Source: Candidatus Hydrogenedentota bacterium
GTDB taxonomy: Bacteria > Hydrogenedentota > Hydrogenedentia > Hydrogenedentales > SLHB01
Reading direction: 5' to 3'
Assembly (NCBI GenBank): GCA_963745075.1
Contig: CAVUWV010000020.1
Coordinates: 160,001-224,000, forward strand
Length of the DNA stretch: 64,000 nt
Shown: in pieces, positions 10,660-19,679 of the stretch
How the letters are laid out: each line of letters opens with the position of its first letter
How positions within the stretch are numbered: position 1 is the stretch's first letter
Translations under genes and position numbers: made by a program
Notes under the pieces: generated by a model
The model's database searches: none
The model's input: the letters and a program-made list of their open reading frames with translations, nothing else
What the model was told of the DNA's origin: nothing

Positions 10660-12048
10660 TCATTGTGCGGGCACTCCGGCCGCCATCACCCGGGGATTGC
10701 GGCACACAAAGCGCAGGATGCAATATCCGCCGACACCGGACAGGAAACTGGCAAGAAAAATGCCGACTTTGGCGTCCGCCAAGTGGCGGGCCATCATTGC
10801 CGGGTCTTCTCCCGCGACTCCACCGGCTTTGAAGGCCAGCTCATCGATGAACAGGGCCATGGTGAATCCGATCCCCGCCAGCCAGGCGACGCCGTAAACG
10901 TGACTCCACGAAATGCCGTGCGGCAATTCCGCCCAGCGCAGTTTGACTGCGGCAAACGAGAACACCATGACGCCCAGTTGTTTCCCGAGCATCAATCCGA
11001 CCAGCGCGCCCAAGGTGACCGGTTCAATGAGGGTGCGCCCGAGCCCGGAGAAATCGATCGCGACGCCGGAATTCGCAAAGGCAAAGATCGGCATGATGAC
11101 GAATACGCTGAAGGGATGCAGCAGGTGCTCGATCCGTTGCAGCGGCGCTTCGACGTGATGGCATTCCTTGAGAATGGAACTAATCAACGACTGCTGCCGG
11201 GCATTGACCAGGAGCGGGTTCTTGTAGTCCTCGGCGTCGGTAAACCGGTAGAGCAACGTGGTCATGCGGCCGAAGAAATGGGGCGTCTCATAGCGCGCGT
11301 CGGCCGGAATGGTGAAGGCCAGGAGCACGCCGGCGATGGTCGCATGCACGCCGGATTGGAGGAACTCGAACCAGATGATGACGCCGACAATGACGTAGGG
11401 GAAGGTGCGCCGAATTCCCATGCGGCTCATTCCGTAGGATAGTAGTATCAGGAACGCGCCTACGAGTAGGGGCCGTACGGCCAGTTTCTCCGTATAGAAC
11501 ACGGCGATAACGAGGACCGACCCGATGTCGTCGACGATGGCCAACGCCACGAGAAAGGCGCCAATGGCCGCAGGGACCCGTTTCCCGAGGAGGGCCAGAC
11601 AGCCCGTCGCGAAAGCGATGTCGGTGGCCATTGGAATGCCCCAGCCTTTGACGGCGGGAGTTCCGAAGTTGAACACCACGTAGATCAGCGCCGGAAAAAT
11701 CATGCCCCCTGCCGCAGCCATGGCCGGAAGCAGGGCCTTGCGAAAGCTGGCGAGTTCGCCAACGAGAAGTTCCCGTTTGATTTCAAGCCCGACCATGAAG
11801 AAGAAGATGGCCATCAGGCCGTCGTTAATCCAATGGTGGAATGATTGATCCAGTTTCCAATCACCGAAATTAAGGCCTAAGTGGGTATGCCACAAGTCCT
11901 CGTACCAGCCGTGAGCGGGACTGTTCGCAACGATCAATGCAGCAAGCGCGGAGAACAGCAGGAGGCACGCGGCAACCGCGTCCTGCTTTAAAAACTGTGC
12001 GAGCGGGGAAACTTGTTCCAAATCGGGAAGCGGATCTTCTTTGGCCAT
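10660..12048 (-). CDS. nhaA: Na+/H+ antiporter NhaA
   Basis: WINDGLMAIFF, GLEIKRE, GWGIPMATDIAF, LAIVDD, SGVHATIAGV, GIGFTM. Confidence 0.96.
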   Translation of the reverse strand: MAKEDPLPDLEQVSPLAQFLKQDAVAACLLLFSALAALIVANSPAHGWYEDLWHTHLGLNFGDWKLDQSFHHWINDGLMAIFFFMVGLEIKRELLVGELASFRKALLPAMAAAGGMIFPALIYVVFNFGTPAVKGWGIPMATDIAFATGCLALLGKRVPAAIGAFLVALAIVDDIGSVLVIAVFYTEKLAVRPLLVGAFLILLSYGMSRMGIRRTFPYVIVGVIIWFEFLQSGVHATIAGVLLAFTIPADARYETPHFFGRMTTLLYRFTDAEDYKNPLLVNARQQSLISSILKECHHVEAPLQRIEHLLHPFSVFVIMPIFAFANSGVAIDFSGLGRTLIEPVTLGALVGLMLGKQLGVMVFSFAAVKLRWAELPHGISWSHVYGVAWLAGIGFTMALFIDELAFKAGGVAGEDPAMMARHLADAKVGIFLASFLSGVGGYCILRFVCRNPRVMAAGVPAQ

Positions 12049-12171
12049 GTATTCGGGTCCCTTCAGCTAACGACGGCCTATTTTGGTGATTTTGTACGCG
12101 GATGTCTAGTAGTGCGTTTCTATTGAGTTTGTGCACCACTAAATATGAGCGCCCCGTACAACGGACCACCA

Positions 12172-12281
12172 AAGTAGACGCGGCTTCCAGCCGCGAAAGT
12201 TCTTCAGGTTCTGTCGGTTGGTCAGACTTGATAGTGCGGTTAAGTGCGGATAATTAACGCGGCTGGAAGCCGCGTATACTT
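12172..12281. repeat. GTAG-type REP doublet (REPIN-like inverted repeat)
   Basis: AAGTAGACGCGGCTTCCAGCCGCG (12172-12195) and CGCGGCTGGAAGCCGCGTATACTT (12258-12281) match 23/24 when inverted; each arm has a 7-bp hairpin CGCGGCT-TCC-AGCCGCG. Confidence 0.8.
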
Positions 12282-12550
12282 CGTCCGCCGTAATTCAGAA
12301 CCCCGCGCTCCGATTCAAATGAAACGGACTACTGGACGGAACGACCAAAAGCAGGGCGTTGCCGCGTAACCTCCATTTGAAAGGAAGGTTGATTCGGAAG
12401 GCCTTTGCCGGATATATTACAGTTCCTCTCGGAGGTCTATGGGCGGTGCGACACCCACGGCTTCCGGCACTGGGCGGACAACGCAAGAAGAACCGGTACG
12501 GGGGAGCGGCGTCATTGGGGGACGGAGCCTGTACGGAAACGGAGAACAGT

Positions 12551-13825
12551 ATGAGCACTGCGAAATTAATCTTCGAGGGCAACGAGCACGAATTTCCGGT
12601 ACTTGAGGGAACGGAGCACGAGAAGGCGATCGACATCAGTACGCTTCGTTCGGCGACGGGGGCCATCACTTACGACAACGGCTATGGCAACACGGGCTCG
12701 TGCAAAAGTTCCATTACGTTTATTGACGGCGAAAAGGGGATTCTTCGCTATCGCGGGTACCCCATCGAAGAACTCGCCACCAAGTCGAAATTTCCGGAAG
12801 TCGCGTATCTGCTGATCCACGATCATCTGCCCAATAAGGAGGAGTTACTGGAGTGGCGCCGGCAATTGACGAAACACAGTTTCATCCATGAGGGAATGCT
12901 GAATTTCTTCGACCATTATCCTCCGACAGCCCATCCCATGGCCATCCTTTCCGCGATGGTCGCCTCGCTCCATGCGTTTTTCCCGGGCTCGGATTCGGAA
13001 GATATGGTCGAGACCAATATCATGCGCCTTCTGGGCCAGGCAAAGACGATCGCCGCGTTTTCGTACAAGAGTTCACGTGGGGAGCCCGTTCTCTACCCGA
13101 AAGCGGAACTGAGTTACGCCGCCAACTTCCTTCGCATGATGTTTGGCTCACCGGCCGAAGAGTTTGAAGTTTCCGAAGTCCAGGAACGCGCGCTGAACCA
13201 GCTGCTGATTCTGCACGCGGATCATGAACAGAACTGCAGTACGTCCACGGTTCGTATGGTGGGCAGCAGCCATGCCAATCTGTATGCCTCGGTTTCGGCG
13301 GGCGTCAGCGCGCTGTGGGGTCCGCTCCATGGGGGCGCGAATCAGGCCGTCATCGAGATGCTGGAACGGATCGTTGCGGACGGCGGCGACTACAAGAAGT
13401 ATGTCGAGATGGCCAAGCACAAGGATTCGGGATTCCGGCTGATGGGCTTCGGCCACCGGGTATACAAGAACTTCGATCCGCGGGCGAAGATCATCAAGAA
13501 GGCGTGTGACGAAGTACTTGCCGAAATGGGCGTTTCGGATCCGTTGCTGGACATCGCGAAGAGCATTGAAGAAGCGGCGCTCAGGGACGATTTCTTCATC
13601 GAGCGCAAGCTTTATCCGAACGTTGACTTTTACAGCGGCATCATCTACCGCGCCATGGGCTTCCCGACGAATATGTTTACGGTGATGTTCTCCATCGGCA
13701 GGTTGCCGGGTTGGATCGCGCAATGGTTGGAAATGCGCAAAGATCCGGATGGCCGCATTCATCGTCCACGGCAGATCTACATTGGTGAGAACGAGCGTAC
13801 GCTTACGCCGGTCAACAAGCGATAG
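12551..13825 (+). CDS. gltA: Citrate synthase
   Basis: ITFIDGEKGILRYRGY, LHADHEQNCST, LHGGAN, MGFGHRVYK, YPNVDFYSG; RBS GGAG before ATG 12551 (the ORF track's longer start is unlikely). Confidence 0.97.
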   Translation: MSTAKLIFEGNEHEFPVLEGTEHEKAIDISTLRSATGAITYDNGYGNTGSCKSSITFIDGEKGILRYRGYPIEELATKSKFPEVAYLLIHDHLPNKEELLEWRRQLTKHSFIHEGMLNFFDHYPPTAHPMAILSAMVASLHAFFPGSDSEDMVETNIMRLLGQAKTIAAFSYKSSRGEPVLYPKAELSYAANFLRMMFGSPAEEFEVSEVQERALNQLLILHADHEQNCSTSTVRMVGSSHANLYASVSAGVSALWGPLHGGANQAVIEMLERIVADGGDYKKYVEMAKHKDSGFRLMGFGHRVYKNFDPRAKIIKKACDEVLAEMGVSDPLLDIAKSIEEAALRDDFFIERKLYPNVDFYSGIIYRAMGFPTNMFTVMFSIGRLPGWIAQWLEMRKDPDGRIHRPRQIYIGENERTLTPVNKR

Positions 13826-13892
13826 CATCGGAGAGTTGTTGCCGGCCGTGCGCGATGGATCCCGGGCCGCTTCCCGGATCGCGTGAGGGGGT

Positions 13893-15773
13893 ATGGGCGT
13901 CGATTCGGTTACCGTGACCTTTGAGCCGCAAGGCCGGGCCGTGCGCGTGCACCCGGGGGTGACGGTGCGAGAAGCAGCAGCCCGGGCGGGGGTCTTTCTG
14001 GACTATCCGTGTGGGGGGCAGGGCACCTGTGGCAAGTGCCGCGTTCGGATGTCGGCGGATTCGGGGCAATTGACCTCTGTCGAGCGCGACCTCCTGCCGG
14101 AATCGGAACGGCGACATGGCATGCGGCTGGCGTGTCAATGTGTGGTCAAGGATTCTTTGACTGTTACCGTGCCGGAAACCTCGCTTCTCGCGTCGTCCTA
14201 CAAGATCCTTTCCGAAGCGTCGGCCACGACGCACGCGGCCGACGATCCGCCGATACGAAAGCAATTGGTAAACCTCCCGACTCCAGTATTGGCCGACGAT
14301 TGCGCGGATTTCGAACGGCTGCAACGGGTCCTGGGACCTGTCTCGGCCGACCTCGATTTGCTGGCGGCATTACCGGCCTTCCTTCGCACACATGGGTTTT
14401 CAGGAACGGCAGTTGTCGCGGACGGTCGCCTCCTCGATGTGGAATCTGACGATACGGCGGCATCGTGCCACGTGGCGGCGGTGGACATCGGCACCACGAC
14501 GCTGGTGGCGGCGTTGCTCGATTTGGTTACGGGAAATGAGCTTGCCCGCGTGTCGCGGATGAATCCCCAAACGAGCCTGGGGGACGACGTGCTTACCCGG
14601 ATTCTGCATGCCCGCGAGGGCGGCGACGGGCTTCGGGAATTGCAGCGCGACGTGGTCTTGGCGGTGGATGCAATGTTGGCCGAACTCGCAGCGCAGGCCG
14701 GTATTCACGCCGCTGACATTTACGAAGTCACGGTCGCGGGAAACACCACGATGCAGCATTTGTTCGCTGGTCTGGATCCGAGCGCTCTTGGCGAGATCCC
14801 CTTTGCACCGGCCATCAGCGCGCCGATGCAGATTCCCGCCGAAGGGCTGGGGTTGACGATCCACGCGCGGGGAATCGTGCATGTTTTTCCAGTCATCGGT
14901 GGTTTTGTCGGCGGAGACACGGTGGCGGGCTTGCTCGCTACGGACTTGGATCAGGCGGCTGCGCCAACGTTGCTCATCGACATCGGAACCAACGGGGAAC
15001 TGGTTCTCCAGAAAGACGGGGAATTGTGGGCTACATCCTGCGCGGCAGGCCCGGCATTCGAGGGCGCCCGCATCGCCCACGGTATGCGCGCGGCGGCCGG
15101 CGCGATCGAGTCCGTGTCCTTTAACGGAGACGTACGGTGTGAAACAATTGGAGACGCGACGCCGGTCGGCATCTGCGGTTCGGGGTTGATCGACGCGGCG
15201 GCTGGTTTGCTGCGATCGGGTATCGTCCTTCCTCAAGGTTTGATGCTGGACCGGGACCAGGCGCCGGAGACCGTACCGGCATCGATTCGTGAACGAATCG
15301 TTGACGGGCCGAAGGGTCCCGAGTTCGTGTTGGTGTCGGGCCACGAATCTGCAACGGGACATCCGATCGTGATTACGCAGGTGGACATGCGCGAACTGCA
15401 ACTTGCGACCGCCGCCATTCGATCCGGCACGGCGATATTGCTGAAGCGGGCCGGTATTGGCGCCTCCGATTTACAGCACGTGCTTGTCGCCGGCGCCTTT
15501 GGGAACTACGTGCGCTGTGAGAACGCACAGCGCATCGGGTTGCTGCCACACAATGTTGCGCCGTCTCGCCTGACCTTTGTCGGCAACGCATCCCTGGCGG
15601 GAGCGCGCCGGGCGGCGGTTTCTTCCGGGGCGCGGGGATTGGCGGAGTCCTTGGCGCGGCGTACGCGGCACATCGACTTATCCCTGGATCCGGAGTTCCA
15701 CGAAACCTACGTGGAATGCATGTTCTTTCCCGAGGACGAAGCTACAGAAACGTTGCCCGCGGACCATCCATAA
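13893..15773 (+). CDS. ASKHA-domain ATPase with N-terminal [2Fe-2S] (RACo/RamA-like corrinoid reductive activator, DUF4445)
   Basis: CGGQGTCGKC...RLACQ; DIGTTT, GNTTM, FVGGD, DIGTNGE, AAGPAFEG, GICGSG, AGAFG, GNASL. Confidence 0.9.
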   Translation: MGVDSVTVTFEPQGRAVRVHPGVTVREAAARAGVFLDYPCGGQGTCGKCRVRMSADSGQLTSVERDLLPESERRHGMRLACQCVVKDSLTVTVPETSLLASSYKILSEASATTHAADDPPIRKQLVNLPTPVLADDCADFERLQRVLGPVSADLDLLAALPAFLRTHGFSGTAVVADGRLLDVESDDTAASCHVAAVDIGTTTLVAALLDLVTGNELARVSRMNPQTSLGDDVLTRILHAREGGDGLRELQRDVVLAVDAMLAELAAQAGIHAADIYEVTVAGNTTMQHLFAGLDPSALGEIPFAPAISAPMQIPAEGLGLTIHARGIVHVFPVIGGFVGGDTVAGLLATDLDQAAAPTLLIDIGTNGELVLQKDGELWATSCAAGPAFEGARIAHGMRAAAGAIESVSFNGDVRCETIGDATPVGICGSGLIDAAAGLLRSGIVLPQGLMLDRDQAPETVPASIRERIVDGPKGPEFVLVSGHESATGHPIVITQVDMRELQLATAAIRSGTAILLKRAGIGASDLQHVLVAGAFGNYVRCENAQRIGLLPHNVAPSRLTFVGNASLAGARRAAVSSGARGLAESLARRTRHIDLSLDPEFHETYVECMFFPEDEATETLPADHP

Positions 15774-16352
15774 TCTCGAAGAGGTTGTGCCCGATCGGAA
15801 CGCAGGAGGCGATCCAGCCAAACGATCGGCAAACCCAGGACGTTCTGGTAACATCCGTCATACGCCGCGACCAGGAGACTGCCGGGGCCATCCACCGTGT
15901 ACGCGCCCGCGCGATCGATCGGCTTCACGGCGTGAACGAAGTGGGTGATTTCATCCTCGTGAAGCTCGCGAAACGTCACCCGGGTGGTTTCACTGCCTCT
16001 CCACGTGCCGGCCCGTTTGCGTGTCAACGACCGCGAGACCGGTGATGACCTCATGGGTGCGGCCGGACAATTGGGTGAGCATCGCGCGCGCGTCGTCCAA
16101 ATCGCGTGGCTTTGAGAGGATTTGATCGCCGAGAAAGACCAGCGTATCGGCGGCGATGACGAGGGCAGGTCCGTCGATTCCGCGCGCGACGCCGTCGCGT
16201 TTTGCCACGGCGTTGGCAATCACGATTTCTGCGGGAACTTCCCCGTCGTCGACCTCCTCTACCCCGCTCTTCACGACCGTTACGTCGATGCCTAACGCGG
16301 AGAGCAGTGCGTAACGCCGCGGGGATGCGGATGCGAGAACGATAGGGATCAC
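15742..16352 (-). CDS. maf: Maf-family nucleoside triphosphate pyrophosphatase (frameshift near 15998, probably a second near 15797)
   Basis: IVLASASPRR, IAADT, KP, LSGRTHEVITG, then DRAGAY and NVLGLP in the next frame; GTG start overlaps the lolA stop; end coordinate assumes the second frameshift. Confidence 0.85.
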
Positions 16353-17098
16353 GGCGCGGGCTCGGCGGTCGCGCCGGCCTCTACGGGAATCCATTTTCCT
16401 CCCGGGCCCACTTGTTCCACGTTTTCTTCGTTTTCGATAATCATGGTGCCTTCGGGCAGGTCGATGCGAGCGGCGGCATCGCCGGCCGCATCGTTGATTT
16501 TGAAGTCATCGACGGAGATCTCGACATTCGATTCGGCATCGTTGATTACATGAATGCGGCAAGGGAGCAGATCGTCGCCCCGGAGATACAGGGCGATTTC
16601 CTGAAACAACGGCGCCACGCTTTCGTCTGTCGAACCGGCGGCGCCGGATGGCTCGGCCGGGAGTGGCAGCAACCGCAATCCTTCTTCGCCACAGGTCGAC
16701 GGGTCCGGATCGAAGAGTTCGATTGAATACGCGTCGCGCAACCGATTGGTATCACTGTCAAACCCGAGAAAGAGGGCTTCCAGTTGGGGATCGTCGTCGA
16801 GATCGTAGACTTGGACCTGTTCGAGCTCGACGTTGTATTGATAGACGCGATTGCCATCGACGAGGTAGGTCACCTCGGGATCGAGATACCGCAGCATAAT
16901 CCGGCGCGGTTTCTGGTAGACGATATATCCGATCGTGCGCGTGGTCTCGTCGGGCGTGACGGTGTCCTGCACGAATCGCGCTTCCAGTCGTTCGATAGGT
17001 TCCCGTTTCTTCGCGAAATCCGCGAAGAACTCATCGACAGTCGGCGCCGTGGTACTCGCAGCAACCGCGAATATTGCGGCCAGCGATAGAAATCTCAT
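16349..17098 (-). CDS. lolA: Outer-membrane lipoprotein carrier LolA-like protein
   Basis: Signal peptide; ARFVQ, KPRRIMLRYLDP, LVDGNRVYQYNVELEQV. Confidence 0.75.
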   Translation of the reverse strand: MRFLSLAAIFAVAASTTAPTVDEFFADFAKKREPIERLEARFVQDTVTPDETTRTIGYIVYQKPRRIMLRYLDPEVTYLVDGNRVYQYNVELEQVQVYDLDDDPQLEALFLGFDSDTNRLRDAYSIELFDPDPSTCGEEGLRLLPLPAEPSGAAGSTDESVAPLFQEIALYLRGDDLLPCRIHVINDAESNVEISVDDFKINDAAGDAAARIDLPEGTMIIENEENVEQVGPGGKWIPVEAGATAEPAP

Positions 17099-17934
17099 GG
17101 AAAGCGGCCCTCCGGGGACTCGTCGGGGTCGACTTCCACATCCTCCCGGATGGGTGGCGTCTCGTCGACCAGTTCTTCCAACCCGTCCAGGATATGATCC
17201 CCGGAATCGACTTCGAGTTCCGCGTCGTCTTCCGCCGGCGCTTCGGCATCCGAGGGCGTTTCGGCGTCAGAGGGGTCTTCCAGGTCCGAGTCGTCTGTAT
17301 TGTCGGACTCCTGCGGATCGGCGACCGGCGCATCTGCGGCCGCCAATTGTGCGGTTGCAGCCGGTTCGTGATGTTCCAAGAGGTCATCGGGCTCACCGGC
17401 CTCGAAGAAGCTGGTGGGGGTCTGTACGGCGTCTTCGGGCACGAGGCTGTCGATCAGTTTCCGATGGGTCTCCAGAATAGCCATCATTTCCACGCGGAGC
17501 CGCGAACGTTGTTGTTCGAGGATGTGAATGTCGCGGGTCAGGGCGGCGGGAACCCGGGAAACCGCGAGTTGGGCCTGGGCTTTCTTCAATCGGGCTTCCT
17601 CGACGATAACGTGGGCCTCGCGCTTGGCGGAGTCGAGCACGTCGTCGCCAAATCGTTGCGCCGAGACGAGGGCGTTGCGCAGGGTGGTCTCGACTTCTTT
17701 CAGTTCCGCCATGGCCTTTCGTTGTTCCTCGGCCTTGTCCTTCAATACGCGCACCTGAACGATCAGATTTTCCACGGCGTCGGCGACGTGTTCCAGGAAA
17801 TCGTCCACTTCGCGCCGGTCGTACCCGCCGAAGTGGCTGCGCCTAAACTGTTTCGCGAAAATGTCGCTGGGCGTCAGGGCGTGCTCGTCGCCCAGGACTT
17901 CCTCGACAATCTTGTCATCGCTATTCATGTGCAT
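17095..17934 (-). CDS. DivIVA-domain protein with acidic disordered tail
   Basis: LTPSDI..KQFRRS.FGGYDRREVDDFLEHV; coiled coil; D/E-rich C-terminus. Confidence 0.9.
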   Translation of the reverse strand: MHMNSDDKIVEEVLGDEHALTPSDIFAKQFRRSHFGGYDRREVDDFLEHVADAVENLIVQVRVLKDKAEEQRKAMAELKEVETTLRNALVSAQRFGDDVLDSAKREAHVIVEEARLKKAQAQLAVSRVPAALTRDIHILEQQRSRLRVEMMAILETHRKLIDSLVPEDAVQTPTSFFEAGEPDDLLEHHEPAATAQLAAADAPVADPQESDNTDDSDLEDPSDAETPSDAEAPAEDDAELEVDSGDHILDGLEELVDETPPIREDVEVDPDESPEGRFP

Positions 17935-17997
17935 CGCTCCCTACGCCGGAATTCTCACACGCACCCGACGTTGGATCTGTAACGTCAAGGCGATCCT

Positions 17998-18807
17998 TCA
18001 CTGCCCCAGTTCACGCGAACGTTCGACGGCCGCATTCACGGCCGCTTTGACCAGATTCTCCAATCCGTCCGCGGCGAATTGTTTCAACGCGGCTTCGGTG
18101 GTGCCTCCCTTGGACGTAACCCGCTCGCGCAGTGTCGCGGCCGATTCGCCGGAATCGCGCAGCAGCAATCCGGCGCCGACAAGGGTCTGGCTCGCAAGCC
18201 GGGCCGCCTGGGATTCGGGCAGTCCTTGAGCCACGCCGGCCCGGGTGAGCAACTCCACGACATAGAAGAAATAGGCGGGCCCACTGCCGCTGAGCGCCGT
18301 CACGGCGTCGATGAGCGGTTCGGAGACCATCTCCGCAACGCCGATGGAGCTGAAAATCGTGCGGGCCGTGCTTGCATCCTCTTCCGAACAATTGGGACTC
18401 GGCGCCAGGCCCGCGGCGCCCGCACCAACCATGGCCGGCGTGTTCGGCATGACGCGGACCACACGGAAATTCGCGCCGATCCGATCCTGGATGAATTTGA
18501 TCGAGATACCGGCGGCGATGGATACGATGAGCGTGGAGGGAGCCAGAGCCGATCGAATCTCGTCAAGCGCTTCGTCCATGCTTTGGGGTTTTACGGCAAG
18601 AACCAGCGTGTCGCAGGCGCCGGCGAGTTCCTGTGCGGAACCATAGACGGTGAGCCCCATCACCTCGGCGGTCGTTTGCTTCTTTGGATCGAGGTCGAAC
18701 GCGGCGACGTGTTTGCCGGCAATCGCGCCGTTCTCCAGAAGCCCGCCAGCGATGGCCCGGCCCATGTTGCCGAACCCAAGAAATCCAAGTGTGCCCCCAA
18801 GTGCCAC
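17998..18807 (-). CDS. proC: Pyrroline-5-carboxylate reductase
   Basis: GFGNMG, LAVKPQ, SIAAG, RVMPNTP, SGSGPAY, VTSKGGTT. Confidence 0.96.
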   Translation of the reverse strand: MALGGTLGFLGFGNMGRAIAGGLLENGAIAGKHVAAFDLDPKKQTTAEVMGLTVYGSAQELAGACDTLVLAVKPQSMDEALDEIRSALAPSTLIVSIAAGISIKFIQDRIGANFRVVRVMPNTPAMVGAGAAGLAPSPNCSEEDASTARTIFSSIGVAEMVSEPLIDAVTALSGSGPAYFFYVVELLTRAGVAQGLPESQAARLASQTLVGAGLLLRDSGESAATLRERVTSKGGTTEAALKQFAADGLENLVKAAVNAAVERSRELGQ

Positions 18808-18838
18808 GGGTCGATCTCCTTTTCCGTCCGGACGGGCG

Positions 18839-19327
18839 CTAGCGGTCTGCGGCCCCCACCTCTCGTATCATCGCGACCGATTCGCAGTGCATGAACAGAT
18901 GGCACTGGATACAGTCCCGCTCCACTTTCTGCGGCAGTTCGTATCGGTCGATTTCCCGGAAACCCCGCCGGCCGAAGAATCCCGGGGACTTGCTCAATGC
19001 GTAGACCCGGGTCACGCCGCGGTCGCACGCGTCGTCGAGGCAGGCCTCGACCAGGTCGATGCCGACATGGTTTCCCCGCAGGTCCTCGCGAACCACAAGG
19101 GCCCAGATTTCGGCCAATTCCGGCGTGTCAAGATGCAAGGCGCAGCACCCGCCGATTCCGTCCTCGTCGGCGTAGACGAAGAATTCGTGCAGGTTGTCGT
19201 AGAGTTCGGCGTGTGTCCGGGGCAACAGCAAGCCCCGCATGACGGCACGGTCAATCAATGCCTTCATGCCCGGCACTTCCGATACATCCGGTCTGCGAAC
19301 TCTGTGTAGACTCAAGGCGTCTGTCAT
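18839..19327 (-). CDS. GNAT acetyltransferase (short ArgA-like)
   Basis: LLPR, GCCALH, LAEIWALVV, RGNHVG, FF.RRGF, LPQKV..DC..C....C; start taken at ATG 19327. Confidence 0.8.
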   Translation of the reverse strand: MTDALSLHRVRRPDVSEVPGMKALIDRAVMRGLLLPRTHAELYDNLHEFFVYADEDGIGGCCALHLDTPELAEIWALVVREDLRGNHVGIDLVEACLDDACDRGVTRVYALSKSPGFFGRRGFREIDRYELPQKVERDCIQCHLFMHCESVAMIREVGAADR

Positions 19328-19679
19328 GTCACCACTGCAGCCGATCGCCACGAACTGAACTCCCAGGGCCCGGGACACCCGGTTCGTCGCTGGGAATCCC
19401 GCTGAATTTCGCGGTAGTGTAGCATAAGGTGGGCTGGCTTTCGACCGGATCGCTGCGGCCGGGTCGCCGTATGGCCCGGAAATGGGGCGCGGTTCCCGTT
19501 TTCTGCGTTGACCCCGAACGCCGTGTCTGTCGATAATCGTGGCGCAACAGCGAATCGGTTGAGGTGTTTCTTGGCGCGCGGGCGGCGCGTCGTTTCGCGG
19601 AAGTTTCTCGCGCATTCAGCCACGGACGACGCTTGCCCACGGGATGCATCACGAGAGCGTAGAGGAGCGAGGACCGGCC

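Noticed and set aside
12389..12418. Possible gltA promoter TTGATT-N18-TATATT
   Set aside because: Plausible, but the spacing is suboptimal and there is no supporting evidence.
12359..12550. N-terminal extensions in the ORF track for gltA (also the sulfatase, GNAT, DUF1593, SRPBCC and M42 genes)
   Set aside because: The extensions are non-homologous-looking; downstream ATGs with an RBS or signal peptide fit the families better.
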